Source: Octopus vulgaris (taxonomy: Eukaryota). Taken from it: 64,000 nt of DNA. Position 1 is the first letter of the stretch; each line of letters begins with the position of its first letter. The notes below the pieces were generated by a model. That model was not told the origin of the DNA. It ran no database searches and saw only the letters and a list, made by a program, of their open reading frames with translations. Location: contig OX597819.1 in assembly GCA_951406725.2 (NCBI GenBank), forward strand, positions 25,792,001-25,856,000, in the 5' to 3' direction. Of this stretch, positions 27,661-44,249 are shown one piece after another. Both the position numbers and the translations under genes were made by a program.

Positions 27661-28160
27661 TTTTCCTAAAAATCAATATTGATATATTTTTATCTTTCTA
27701 AAAGAGGAAAATATTATCTAAAAAGACATGTATCTATAACCTGAATATATTGCATAAAAGCTATGAAACTTAAATGCCACGTAAAATTGTATTACTGGCT
27801 GAGTCTGTCATCTTATCAGCCGACAAACAATTGTGCAACATTGCTCTTAGTAATATTTATAGAACGATGATCGTTATAGAAAAAATAATCTACTTCTCTT
27901 AAGTTCGTTAGGATTTATTTTTGTCCTCACAAAGAAAATAACGAAAGTATAATAAAGAAAAAAATATCAGAACCATTCAGAAAAGAATGGATCCATATTG
28001 TCATGTTGATAGGTCTGTGTTACGTTGGCATTGATAGATATAGAAAAGAGCGATGGGCAATTTGGCAGCAAACTTGATATTTGGCAACAAACTTGATTTT
28101 CGCTCATATAGCTTTTTTTTATGTCCCGAATATTACTTTATGTTGTTTGCTTGTTATGTA

Positions 28161-28247
<87 letters not shown>

Positions 28248-29869
28248 TCATACATGTTTATCTGCGCATACAGATTTGTATATGCATGTGCTTGTGTATG
28301 TGTGGGGGTTAATGATTGGTAATGAAGTATGCATGAATGCTTATGTGTTTTCATTGTAAGACGCTATGTGGCAGTCAATTTTGGAAAATATATTGATATA
28401 TTGGAGTAGACGAATGGTAGGGACAGTGAGGCAGACGCTAGGATAAATGCATTAGTGAATTTAGTTTTGTATTACCGCATTCTGAGTTTTCACGAAGAAA
28501 ATTCGATTGGTGCACCACTGTCACACGTTCTGAAATGCCTTGCGTAGTAAGTCGATGATATATTTGAATATGAATTCTCGAACTATTATTGATATTCATG
28601 TCTCTAAATGACGTTTAGTTGGCGGAGGGTAAGACAGGTGGTAGTTGTATGCTGTTCCCAAGTTTATCGCTACCATCCGATCATTGAATGCCTTTAGTGA
28701 AGTCCATCATCTTGCAATCACATTAGCAGGACGGCAGTTTAAGGATAATTTCCTTCTTCTGGTCTCGGAAGCCGTGAAAATGGTCAAGATCGCTAGTTTC
28801 CTTCGTCTAATCAAATGATCAGAACTACACATGAAACATAGCTATATTTCAAGAGTAATGTTTCAGGTTTACTAACAATTTCAAATTCCCATGCATTTAA
28901 CTTTATTTTGTGTGTGTGTGTATATGTGTCTTTGCGTGTGTGTGTGTGTTTCTGGGTATGTGAGTGTGCCTCATTATTCAAAAATTAATGAAATAGAACC
29001 AGCTGTATTTTGTGGAGGGTCGATGAAACGGCAAGTCGATGAAACAGCTAGTTGATGAAACGTTGTACCTTCCTAGATAAAGGATACTAGTTGTTGTTTA
29101 TACTTCTGTCAAGCCTCACGCTACATAACTATGAAAATCGGCCTTGTGGTGGCAATCCTTCGAATTTCTTTTGAGAAATTATATATCTAGGAGTACATGA
29201 AAATAGGATGCACCTGAACAGTAAAACAGCTGCTCCTGGTGATGGCCTACTCATTGAGTCTATGATATACTATAAAACAGATACGAACCAGTCTGAGAGC
29301 GAGCCTCTTCGTGGACATTCAGTATGATAGACATAACAGTCAAACCTTTATCTTATGACGTTCCACTGCGCTACAAATCAAAGTAAAACAATAAAGATTG
29401 ATGTTTTGTAAAGAGAGAACTAAGTTGAAATGAAAAGTTTTTGATCATAGGTCTGCTTGATCAGGGCTAAACAGTAACAGACATATAAAACCTTTCTAGT
29501 TTCATCTCAAAATGCCAGTAAGAGTACAATATACGTTTAGATTTTCTCTACCACATCCCATATATTTGTAACCTTTTGTCACGATGGAAGAAAATCAATA
29601 TCTTATCGTATGCAGTACTAATTTAATATAAATCCGCAGCAGTATCTTTCCAGCAATATATCACAAGGTATTAAACCTTAATTGCGCTCGCTGTCATCCA
29701 AATGTTCCCTTGTAACCTTTTCTACTACCACTCAATCAGCCTCTATAACCCATACACATCTCCTCTATCAAGCACTGCACAACGCATCGCATACAAAATA
29801 TACTTGTTATTTATATATCAAATATCCATACTTGTACTACAAACTCCTACATGATTCTTTATATATATA

Positions 29870-30005
29870 TCATCATCATCGTTTAACGTCCGCTTTCCAT
29901 GCTAGCATGGGTTGGACGGTTCAACTGGGGTCTGGCAAGCCCGAAGGCTGCACCAAGCCAGTCAGATCTGGCAGTGTTTCTACAGCTGGATGCCCTTCCT
30001 AACGC
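29870..30005 (-). mobile_element. 3' tail of an RTE-related SINE/LINE ending in (GAT)n
   Basis: Minus strand gcgttaggaagggcatccagctgtagaaac..cggacgttaaacgatgatgatg. Confidence 0.65.
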
Positions 30006-30238
30006 ATGTGTGCGTGTGTGCTTGTGTTTGTGTGTATAAACAAACGGAAAATATGATCTACCTATATATATATATGATAAAAAAAAACCTGTCGTAAATA
30101 ATTCTGAAAATATTCTTTATGTAACACCTTAATGAATTCCTTTATGTTTGACTTATTTGTAGAAATATTCTGGTAGTTTTTGTGTCACTCTGTCTCTGTC
30201 CTTTACTTTGCTTCTCTTAATTTCTTTTCATTCTCTCG

Positions 30239-30280
<42 letters not shown>

Positions 30281-30748
30281 TTGTTTGTTACCCTTCTCTC
30301 ACAATCACAAGTTCCGTGACGACCTAAGGCGATGTCATTCTATTTCACGTTGCCTTCGACCGTACTGGATACGACTTTCTGAGCTCCTCGCTCTACTCCT
30401 CCCGGGTATAGTCCTTTAAAAGAGTTTTCATTTCTCATTCGCATTATCCATTTTTGCCTTGTCTTGCAGCTCATTATCAGTTGTTATCTTCGTGTGGCCC
30501 TAAGCCTTTATTCTGTTTATTGTTTTGTCCCCCGTCCGTCCACTAACGGTCTTGTCTCGAACATGTTTCGTTTTATTATGTTTCGGTCCCAATCCAAGTT
30601 TCTAGTCGGTGCCTCCAGATCAGAAGCAACATTTTTGATAATGACTGAAATTGCGTTTGACTCCGATAACTGATGAAGGCTTACTGACCTATGTTTTCTG
30701 TCCGCCTCTGTATTTAGTAGTATATATTCATTTGTTTATTTACTACCT

Positions 30749-30824
<76 letters not shown>

Positions 30825-31089
30825 AGGTAGGTAGGTCATCTTTTCCGCTTGTCTTTTTACTTAATCCTGAAAATATTATTTATCTAACGCACGCACTCCT
30901 TAAATTTTTACCTATATATATATATAGAAGGTTTGGAGGTGACGTACAAGTATTATATATTAGAAAAAATAAGATGCTCCGAAATCTGGATGGTTGTACA
31001 TTTACAGATTTTTATTAATATGCCACATGTTTTTATAAATCATATAATAGCGCTTGCATCTACTCTAGTAGAATCTCTAGATTTATATA

Positions 31090-31121
<32 letters not shown>

Positions 31122-32098
31122 AGTATATGTATATGTATATGTATGCATGTATATGCCTCGTTTCCTATATTCCCTATTGCTCAACTCAACTACAACAGTA
31201 ACTGGGCAGACCAATTTGGAAATGTATTAGTCTTTTTATATATCTTTATATATGTCTTTTTATGTCTTGCAAAATATTATTTAATGTATCCTTCCATGAT
31301 TTAAATGATAGGATCAGGTCTGAGTGCATCTTAGTGTCTATTTGTTGTAACTCGAGGAAATAAAGCAAAAGAGAAAAAAAATTGAATATCTTGGTTTCTA
31401 ATCATTAAAAATTCTTATTTTTCTTTCTCAATTCACACGCCTGTTTCTCTTAAAAAATTGCTTTGTATTTGTTCGAAGTCTTCATTGGTATATTTGTAAT
31501 AAATTCATTATTGCACAACAGAGATATTCTGTTCATTAGAAGGGCGTCGACTTTTATACGTTCAAAGGCAATAAAATAAAGTAACAGTCAAGAGTGAGGT
31601 CAACATCATACTCTACTCCGTCCGACGAGATTGTATTCGTAAGTAATTTAATAAATGCAATAACAACAGAAACAAGTGTAACTATATATTTAAGAAGAGT
31701 TCGCTTCGCAACCACGTGGATTCATGTTCAGATCCTCCGTGCGGCAACTTGGCCCAGGTTTCTCTATTATAGTCCAGGGCAAAACAATGACTTATAAAGT
31801 AAATTTGTTAGATGTAATGTGTAGAAGCCTATCCTACACTTCGTAGCTTTCTTACAAAAGGATCTAATGCTCTTAGCTTAGACTCTTTTTGGGGCAATTA
31901 TAGTGAACCATCTCAAGTGTAACTCTCCCGAAATAGTCGTGACTTCTGGGACTTGACTGAGGAAAGAAAGCCATGAGTGACTCGTCTTTTTTGCCTTTTC
32001 TTCTTTGTCTGCCTTTGTATCGTCTATCTGTCCGAATGTTTTTATGTCCTCTATTGCGTTTATATATATATGTATATATATATGTAAATATATATATG

Positions 32099-33927
<1,829 letters not shown>

Positions 33928-34502
33928 TTTTTTACGATGCTAATGACATCATTCGTTGATTTTTTTCTTTGGTACTTTTTCTATTCAATTGATGAAAATA
34001 TTTATTCATCTGGTTGCAATGTTAGTTTGCAATCAAGCAAGGCATATAATCTAGCGAATTGAAGGTTAAAACCTAACAACTTAAACGGAATCAACCTATC
34101 TGTCTTCACGGCATCTCATAATCAAGTTATTGAAGCATTTGAATCGAACATAATCTTCTGTAAAGGAAAATGCTTGTGCGTGTGAGAGAGAAATATAAAG
34201 GCTGTCATGTATTTATCAACATTACCATGATTGTATAATATATTCATGAAGGAGAGAAACGAAAAATAAAGAGAAGAAACCGTGGGGTGATAACATATAT
34301 TTATTTCTTTAACTGATTAAATCATTTGGCTGTGGCCATACTGTGACGTCGTCTTGAAATATTTAGTAGATAAAGTGAATCCTAGAACTTTTTAAAGTTG
34401 GTTAAGTTATAGGCTCTTGTTTTGGTAATGGTTACAAGGACTTAAACAAACCAATATCAGCTGTCAAGCAGTTATATCCACGCATACCTGCCTATCAGCT
34501 AC

Positions 34503-34542
<40 letters not shown>

Positions 34543-34544
34543 AT

Positions 34545-34819
34545 TCTTTTACTTGTTTCAGTCATTTGACGGTGGCCATACTGGAGCACCGCTTTTTTAG
34601 TCGAGCAAATCGACACCAGGACTTATTCTTTGTAAGCCTAGTACTTATTTTATCGGTCTCTTGTGCCGAACCGCTAAGTTACGGGGAGGTAAACACACCA
34701 GCATCGGTTGTCAAGCGATGTTGGGGGCACAAACACAGACACACAAATATATACACACATACATACATACACGCATACATACATACATACATACATACAT
34801 ACATACATACATACATACA

Positions 34820-34851
<32 letters not shown>

Positions 34852-35030
34852 CATATATATATATACACGACGGGCTTCTTTCAGTTCCCGTCTACCAAAT
34901 CCACTCACAAGGCTTTGGTCGACCCGAGGCTATAGTAGAAGACACTTGCCCAAGGTGCCAAGCAGTGGGACTGAACTTGAAACCATATGGTTCGTAAGCA
35001 AGCTACTTACCACACAGCCACTCCTACGCC
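34545..35030 (-). mobile_element. SINE family B, full length
   Basis: Reverse-complement match to 21401-21840 with internal (TACA)n. Confidence 0.9.
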
Positions 35031-35514
35031 TGTTTGTCTGTCTATGTATGTATGTATGTATGTATGTATGTATGTATGTATGTATGTATGTATTTATGTA
35101 TGTCTATTTGTCTATCTGTCTGCCTCTCTGTCTGACTTCTGAGTGTCTATCTAGACACATTCATACACATACGTAACTCAAAGTACCGTATTTCCCGGCG
35201 TGGAAGACTGTACTTCTTGTCTGAAATAAGTTTCGAAAATCTATGATGCGTTCTGGAAGACGAAGTTTGCATTTTTCAAAGGCATATCCTAACCTCAGAA
35301 GAAATCTGTCTATGCTAGACAATAATCGGAACCCCTCTCTATGACCGCTCAGTGAAGTGTATAAATTATACTTTGTTAAAGTAGTAAATAAACAAAAGTA
35401 TCATAAGAAATATTTAAGATATACACAATGAGAAAAATTCCTTTATGGGCAGTGTAAGTTACACGTGGCAACTGACGAGTGATATTTTACATGTGTATCT
35501 ATATTGCTGGTATC

Positions 35515-35742
35515 GGCGAGCTGGCAGAAACGTTAGCACGCCGGGCGAAATGCGTTGCCGTATTTCGTCTGCCGTTACGTTTCGAGTTCAAATTCCGCCG
35601 TGGTCGACTTTGCCTTTCATCCTTCCGGGGTCGATAAATTAAGTACCAGTTATGCACTGGGGTCGATGTAATCGACTTAATCCGTTTGTCCGTCCTTGTT
35701 TGTCTCCTCTGTGTTTAGCTTCTTGTGGGTAGTAAAGAAATA
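35515..35742 (+). mobile_element. SINE family C nested in pogo
   Basis: TSD tatattgctggtatc at 35500-35514 and 35743-35757. Confidence 0.9.
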
Positions 35743-36061
35743 TATATTGCTGGTATCGCCACGCTCTTCAAACAACCTAACTTCCAGGGAACATTATTAA
35801 TTGTCGAAGATATAGGTTAAAAGGGTTTATGTTAAAAGGGCTTATAAGCAAATATTAATAACAATGCTATCGTCATCACTTACTCACTGTCTCTGATGAA
35901 ACGTCTTGTGTTCAGACAGCAACAGAGGCTTCCTCCTTGATCTCTGAAAGCCATGGTCTTAACCAGTTCAAACCCGAACCTGCTGACGTTAGAGTGATCC
36001 GCAACTTCAGAAGATTTTACTTACAATGTTTAGCACAACCATTATTATTGCAACCGCAAGC

Positions 36062-36990
36062 AGAAGATATTCTTACACAATCGACTACAAGCTACAGATG
36101 ATTGAATATGCCTAACAACATGGTAACAGGGCAGCAGAGAAGCACTTTGGAGCACCGCCTGAGAATATGATTCGCTACTGGAAAAGACAAGAGAACCTTT
36201 TGAAGCCTGCATTACGTCTTAAACGTAACCTGCATCAGACTGCAGCTATGTCGCCAGAACCGGAGCAATGGATGAAGGAGTGGATATAATTGCTGGGAGT
36301 AATTTTGGTATCGCATATTCAATAAAAATGATTATCAATGAATTAAAAATTAGGGCAGCAGCACGAGGTCTGGATGATTGCCGTGGTACATCAAGCTGGT
36401 GCTACAGATTTATGAAGAGGAACGAACTAGCAATGAGAATGAAAACACGAATAGCACAAAAGTGCCTGAAGATTATAAGAAAATAATCGAATTTTATAGG
36501 TTCATAATCAGTGCAAGAAAAGAGACTGACTACGAACTGGATCAGACAGGAAACATGGATGAGGTGTCACTAACGTGTCGATGTAGTATCGAATAGGACA
36601 GTGGATGTTAAAGGGGCCAAAACCATAAATGTAAAGACTATCGTGTTGCGTTGATAGAACAAAACTGCCACCGTTGCTTATTTTCAATAGAAAAACTTTA
36701 CCAAAAGACAAAATTCAAAGTGAATTTTTTGTTCATGTCCACCTAAAAAGGTGAATGGATGAAGAGGTGTGAAGTTGTGGCTAAATGAAGTCTGGTCAAA
36801 GTGTTCCGGTGACCTCCTTAAAAAAACATCTCTCTTGTGTGGTACCGGTTTCATATCCACAAAACAAAGAAAGGGTACAGAATATGAAATCGAAAATGGT
36901 AGTGATCCCTGATGGTTTACCAAGCCAATTGCAGCCGCTGGACGTATCAATCAACAAGCCTTTTACGGCACTTATAAAGAAAAGTCATCA
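36062..36990 (+). pseudogene. pogo/POGK-like transposase pseudogene (Brinker-like DBD, CENP-B-type HTH, DDE_1)
   Basis: RRYSYTIDYKLQMIEYA*QHGNRAAEKHFG; SSWCYRFMKRN; GNMDEVSLT; VIPDGLPSQLQPLDVSINKPF. Stops and frameshifts throughout. Confidence 0.9.
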
Positions 36991-37705
36991 GGGTCAGTAT
37001 TAACACTGATGACTTTTCTGGTGTTGGGGATATGGATGACTGCAGTCAGTTTTGAAGATTTAAAGAGTGAAATATTTTCCTTACACTCGTACGTTTAATA
37101 TTTGCTCACTTTTTAATTTTCTTCTATGGTAATTTCATTGTGACGTTTGTTTTGGATCCGTAAATGGTAATAACATAAACTATTTTTAGGATTTGAGGAT
37201 TAAAATATGTCGTCTTATTTGTAATATTTCAACTGTGAAGATTTCAATCCCTGTTCTGTGTTTATTTTTTTCTATTTGGGATGTCGTGTTTGCGTGGTAC
37301 TTCTAAAACTGATTACAATACGCAAAATATTTTCTGGATTTTATGATTAAAATGTTTTTTATTGTGCAGATTTTACTGTAATCCTTATTTTCATTTTATT
37401 TCGTTCTGTTTGGGATGTCATGTTCATGTGGTATTTTTACAAAGTGTAACTGTGCAATAAAATATTATTTCTCACAATAATTTTCCGCTTGCGGAGTTTA
37501 GTTTTTCCTTTGTCTGGGACAAAATAAAAGTCCTGTATAAATCTACATCCAATACTACCAAAATCTTAAAATACTGTATCAGCTGTAACCCCATCCGCTT
37601 CCATGAACAGAGAAACTATTAGTCAGAACCTTCCTGACGAAACTCATGTCGATAAAAGTCACTGCTGGGCCGAACAGTGAATAGTTGAACTGGAGTATCG
37701 TAGTG

Positions 37706-37963
37706 CAGGAGTGGGTTCAGAAATTTCTGGTGCGGGGTGGGTCTGAGATCTAATTGATTGCAATCAATGAAACGACGTTGTAATATATTCAGAGATGCTG
37801 AAAAAATTAATTTTTAAAACAAACCCCTCAAAGGTTGTTTGTTGCTGCTACAAAAATATGCTTTCTATCATACATATTTAAACAAAACATTAAAATTTAA
37901 AAAGTGTCTTGGTTGGGGGGGGGGGGTCATTCCTCCTATCCCCCACCTCAGAATACATCCATG
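37706..37963. mobile_element. hAT-like MITE nested in pogo
   Basis: 8-bp TSD tcgtagtg at 37698-37705 and 37964-37971; CA...TG ends with weak TIR similarity. Confidence 0.65.
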
Positions 37964-39850
37964 TCGTAGTGTAGTCTCAGTATTACAGTGGATGCATAAC
38001 GTTAGGCGTAAACTTTGGGAGTAAACTTGCCATATCAACTCTCTGTACTCACGTTCCCACAAAACAAACTGGGAAGGTAGTTGAGTGCTGCATTTTGTTA
38101 GTATTACAGACGCAAGTATGGTGTAACAACGGGAGACAGTCACGGTTAGCCAACGTAAGTGATAGCGCAAATAAGTGTTTGACCAATAGCCAAAATAAAT
38201 GCTAAGAGCATTTTAAGTGACGTGCATCTGTAAGGGTAACAAGACCCGTAATACCAGGACCTTGTTTTTATGTTTATTTATTTATGTATATTTTTAAAAT
38301 TTTAGTTGTCAAAATTGGGGTGCCTCCTCGAGGGCGAAGCGTCTTCGACGCCAGAAAATATGCTATTTACATTCTCAGTCTAATAACATTTCATGTAGGG
38401 AAATATATATATATAAGAAATATTGGCACATCTCACATGTAGAACGATGTTCCACATGAAATCAAGCTGTGTTAAACTATAAGTAAGACAGAAGCATTAT
38501 GGTTCATTCAATCTTTTTCTCAGGTGAGAAATAATTAACAACATTTCCAATCACCGTAATAGTGATAGTTGTATATGTGTTTTAGAAGTTTCATGGTAAC
38601 ATCATCAATATTATAGTGACAGATACAACTGGGAAACGTGTCTATATGTGGAAGATAGATGTCAGTTACATTATTACTTAAAAGCTTCAGAGGTTATGTA
38701 AATATTTTCACGTAACCTCTTTCATGATATGAAACCTCTGCAGTTGTGGTGATTAATGATTTAATGTCAATTTTCTATTGATTTTGAACGTAATCAAAAT
38801 ATTTTTTTTCCGCAAGAGATTTGTTAACACCTAAGTCGGAAGTAAAGCTTCACTTTTCAGATATATTGCTTATTGTTCAGGAGGCAAGATTGGTGTAATT
38901 TGCGTTACATCAGAACATTACTTTTAGATTTATATTCTGTGTTCGATTGGGGCAAGTTCCTTCGTGGTTATTTAGAAATGTAATTGTCAATAACTTCATA
39001 CGCTTGCATTATTTCTGCTGGAGAAAATTATACAGATTCTCCTGAACCTCATAATTTTCCTATATAAAATGATAGTTTTCACTTTTCTAGTCTGCGTTTA
39101 TCGTTTTGTGATTCTATTCGCAATTGAGCATTGCAGCAGTTATCTTCAAGCGCCCATTAAACAAGTAACAATATTTAAGTGGTGTAAACCTATCATCCCT
39201 ATAATTAGCATCAATATTAGCCGAACTGGGCAATTTTCATGAAACTCTTACTATTTTCTCCAGATTTATGTATTTTAATATGTTGCGGGATAAAATCTGT
39301 ACTCTCGCTGATGTTATGTTATTTGAACATAAATAAATATAATCTTGCTTTGAATAGGGATTTCACATATGTATCTAAAGAAATAAACAACCACCCGTAA
39401 ATGACATTTTCCAAGCACGGACAAAGATACAGCTTTGTTACAAGATTTTCGTTGTTTCGTTTTGGACATGTACTTTCTTTATATTTGCTATTGCTTAAAT
39501 TGTCTTTCTGATTGCCACGGTTTCATTTAGCAACAAATTAACGTAGTCTAAGCTGAGCATTCCAATTCATTTTCAGTGGCACTTTTTAAAAGATTGTCTT
39601 TTCTACAATGTTAATTTTAAAATTGATATTGTAAATGAAGGACAATTTGCCTGCTATTTCTTTCAAACGTTGTAGAGATTCCGTGGTTGGGTCGCGACTC
39701 TGGTCAGAATGTTAGTCGAAAATACTTTACTTTCAACTTAATATTATCAACCACGGAAATAATTTTAAAACAAGTTCTTTCCTTTCACTTTTCACGGAGC
39801 CATGTATAATAGTGTAGCCGTATTAGCTCACTATAATATTAGCATTTTGT

Positions 39851-40075
39851 GAAGGCGCAATGGCCCAGTGGTTAGGGCAGCGTACTCGCGGTCGGAGGAT
39901 TGCAGTTTCGATTCCCAGACCAGGTATTGTGTGTTTATTGAGTGAAAACACCTAAAAGATCCACGAGGCTCCGGAAGGGGGTGGTGGCGACCCCTTTCTT
40001 ACTCTTTCACCACAACTTTATCTCTCTCTCTTCCTGTTTCTTGAGTAAGGCTGCGATGGACTTGCGTCCCGACCT
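39851..40075 (+). mobile_element. SINE family A (tail type 3, truncated)
   Basis: Family A head, then cttgagtaaggctgcgatggact as at about 62810. Confidence 0.85.
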
Positions 40076-40658
40076 ATAAGGTATCCCAGGACTTCTTTAA
40101 ATGCAAAATAACATAGATGTGTATCATCAGATGCGAACATGTACTTGTAATCTCACAGACCAGCGCAACTCCCTTTTAATATGTATTTCTAATGAAGACA
40201 GCCAGTCACATACACTGAAAATTTTTGTTCAAAATATGTCTGTTGTTGTTGTCTAGCTCCGGCTGACCTTCATTAAGCGGAACTATGATCAAAACATTCT
40301 AACCATGATCAGCACATATTTTTCTAAAATCAGGGTCTACCGTAAACAGTGTCTCGTTTTTAAAAGTGTTGTGATGTATTGTGAGTGAGATCTAGCTGTT
40401 ATTTCTAGCAGTTTGACTAACTATACAGAGGCTTTTTTGATAGCTCGGTGTGTAGCAGTTTCTAATGAAACTGGTGCTTTAGAAAATTATTTCAGAAGAG
40501 CTCGAATTGCAGTTTCTAATACTGTCGATTGTTGGACATGATTGATTGATTGATTCATTTATTTCCTGTGTAATGTCCTTCCCCTATTCCCTACCATTAT
40601 AAAAGAAAAACAATTATATATATATACACATACATACATACATACATACATACATACA

Positions 40659-40729
<71 letters not shown>

Positions 40730-41229
40730 CGAAACTTAATCAGTGAGTAGATATACAATTTGTGAAAAAGTTCCCAGTGCATGCAGTGAAACACATGGAT
40801 GTTTTAGACAAAATACTATTTCAGGAAACTGCATTATAACGGATTTTGAACGGAAATGCTGCTAAGATTTATTTCTACGTTTACTAAGGCTTCGTAGAAA
40901 CAGCGTTCTTCTCTCCCCCACTTTTCTATTTATTTCATTACAGGCTCATACAAATAGATAAATAAAAAGATGTTTGTGACGTATAAAAAACACACACAAT
41001 TTTGAATTGCCAGCATTCATTCATTCATATAATAAATCAACTCTTAGGTTACAAAATTACAAACGTTACAGTCTACAGACATCCACGTGTTTATGTAATG
41101 ATTGCACACTGTAATAACACAAAAATATAACAGGTGGTTATATTACACATGTACACACACGTATGTGTGGATGTATGTGTGTATGTACGTATGAATGTAT
41201 GCATGTATGTATGTAGGTATGTTAGTATG

Positions 41230-41270
<41 letters not shown>

Positions 41271-41355
41271 ATGTGTATGTGTGTGTGTGTGTGTATGTCT
41301 GTGTGTGTTTGTGTACTTAAAATCATAAACATATAAATATATAATTTTTGTATGA

Positions 41356-41396
<41 letters not shown>

Positions 41397-44073
41397 ACAC
41401 ATGCATCTGCATATGTAAACATGTGTATGTATTTGTATATATACGCACACACGTATTGGTTACATACTTCACAAATGAACGTACATCAAACTGAAGTGAA
41501 CTCGGTTCAGGCGGAAATCAAAAACTACTTACAATCGCGGCTCACTTGAATCTTATTTCCGATTTACACAACAGTAAAAAGATTAAAGTAAATGTAATGT
41601 AATGTTATTATCAACTGAACAACATTATTTAATAATTAAGTTCTATATTTCTTACTTCTTATAATTTCAAACTTTTGCAAATAATTTAATTTTGTTCCAT
41701 ATAAATGTTTCTTTTTTTGTCCATAGTGTTTTGCATTATTGAAGACTTGTTTTCAAACTATCAAAATGATTTGGGAAATAATTTTGATATGACATGTTTC
41801 TACTTCGCAGCTATAAGAAAAATCCTTGCTATATATTATCGAACGCATATCATTTCAGCAGGAAATAAACTATCGTCTTCGCTTGGGAATATGACAACTT
41901 GAAGAACATAACTTGTTTTTGAAATGTTATCTAACGGAATAATAATGAAGTATTACGAATGACAGTTACTGTTTCTCGGCGAATTGCACTATTAAAGAGG
42001 AAAAAAGTCTTATGTAGATCTAGATATTGAAACTCTTCTATGATTTTATTATTGCATTGAAGGGTGTACATTTGAAGCCAAGTCTGATCTCAGCAATGAT
42101 TACTATACGAAAAATTGTTGTAAAATATATCGTGCTTATATATCCTCTTTATAACGAAATATGATTTGAAAATATGAATGAAGCTTTAGATATTTTTGAA
42201 ACGAGAAATTGAAAGCTTAGATATCATATCTTTCGGAAGAGCATCAATGACCTTGTAATGAATGACACCTGCAATACTGAAATTTTACATGACTGAAACG
42301 AAAAGTGAGAACACATACCCTTGTACCACAGCATGTCGCCAGAATTTATCAACACCTGATTCGTCGTCCCTTCCTGCTTCTGTGGGATGATATTCAGTCA
42401 ATATATGACATACCCAAAATTATAATTCTTCAATATATACATACCACAATGACTGAAATATGCTATAGTATATTTAAGGTATGCACTTAATTACTATATT
42501 TTAGACGTTCTTTGAATTCATTTTGAGATTAAAAACTTGATTGTTTCTAATGAATGTTATAAAAAAAAACCTTCGTAATATTGAATATATATGTTGACCT
42601 CTTCTTCGCCAAAATTCCTCCAGATTTATATTTGTCATTTCAATCCCTCAAATCACACAATTATTCTTTGTAAAACAGTAAGGGCGCATTGGGCTAGTGT
42701 TCCTAGTTAGATCATTATTGAAAAAATAAAAATAAAAAACGATGGTCCATTCACGCCGTGAATGCCACTGAAAAGATGTATTCACGGTAAATGTTGACAC
42801 CTACCAATTCCCATATTTCCGAACAGGAGAACTTCTACACGTTTATTTGGCCTCATAAAAAGGAAGCCAAAATACCTCTAAGATATATATTTGCATTAAA
42901 AAAAGGAAGATCACATTAGATACATTATCTGAAATTAAAATGGAATGATCATGACTGAGAACATTGGTTATAGCTCTATTTTAATTATATACTTGGAGTA
43001 TACAAAAAACACCTATAACAACAACCTCTGCAACAAAATAATTAATGCATATGCAATGTTGGAAAACACTGCTATTCCGTAAATATATATTTCTTCTCCG
43101 AACTATAAACCAAATGCACCGATTGCTTCATAACCTCTTATATTTTCAACGTCATCGGATAGCCTATGCATGTTATGTAATATCCTACGATTGTTTCAAT
43201 GCAACACTAAACAAGCGTATTAGGGTTCAAGTTTATATTGCATCCTTGAACGCCAAAAGGGCAAAATCCCTTCTTTTGTCAAGGTAACTATGTCGCACAA
43301 CAGTTAATCAGTGTAGGGGAAATCTAAGAGTTTCTACAAATCTTCAATATACCGAATACTGTATCACAAACTTTGGTTTTCATCTTGAGAAAAACAAAAT
43401 ACTTCACCTCCTAACAACTGTTCTGTGCGTGCAAAGATCAGGCAAGACTTAAATGAAGAACAACTTCCGCATCTGAAACGGTGCCGATGTTACACATTTA
43501 TGCGTACATGCAAATAGCCTATAAAAAAAGGTCACTCGGATGATTAGCATAAAATCGCACACCAATACATTTAAGCCTTTTGACCACTGATTTGCTCTTT
43601 TTTCTCTGATTTTCCAGCGCCATTCAGCCTATCTTCTGTTCCTCAGAACTGACTCGTGTCATTCCTCTCCTATTCCAGCACTTACTATCCACTTTGTCTC
43701 CTTGCGCTGTGCGTAGTGTGCCTTTATTCCAAGTTCCGTACTAAAACCTTTGCCATTTCTTCCTCGCCAGGACCCGTGTAGTTCACTTTGTCTCCATGTT
43801 TTCTTGCAGCTGTTGAAGAAGAATGTTAACCCGTCTACTCAACAGTCGTAGAGGACGTACGAAAGCTACTAGTAAAATCCCTAACTTCAGGCCATTACAA
43901 AATTTCTGTAAAATGAACTTGATTTTACATACATATCTAAGCAACTAAGTAATTAGTGTCTTGCTTAATTTGATACGAAATCTCTCTTTCGTCTCCTGAG
44001 GAATGACATGCTAACAGAATGACAGACGCCATATCAAGTATGAAGTACAACTGGAATTATGTTCTTTGAATAG

Positions 44074-44249
44074 ATTTGCTCCTGCTTATCTACTGACCTA
44101 TAATCAAGGGTATTGCGTCTATGACAATTTCATCTTTGAAAGTAGAGTGTACGTAGGACATTATCTAATTCATCGTTTGCTTGCTCAAAATGAAAGAATA
44201 GTTTATGGTGGCGATCTGATTATCTTTTACATTAGAGTCTTTGACGTAG
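44074..44249 (+). CDS. Weak candidate exon
   Basis: Strong donor ag|gtaagt at 44250 and an open frame FAPAYLL..HYLIHRLLAQNERIVYGGDLIIFYIRVFDV. Acceptor ambiguous (44018, 44074 or 44236). Confidence 0.2.

Larger units (their letters stand above)
35186..38363 (+). mobile_element. pogo-type DNA transposon, decayed
   Basis: TIR ccgtatttcccggcgtggaagac vs reverse complement of the right end gcatattttctggcgtcgaagac (18/23). TA on both sides; transposase remnants inside. Confidence 0.85.

Noticed and set aside
28540-28830. Possible Penelope RT remnant on - (YNYHLSYPPPTKRH)
   Set aside because: Too short and degenerate to support.
30645-30690. Hammerhead at gaaattgcgtt..ctgatgaaggc
   Set aside because: No GAAA after the core; the permuted fold has poor stems I and II.
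35885-35920. gtct-CTGATGA..agac hammerhead-like motif
   Set aside because: No stem II or separate GAAA.
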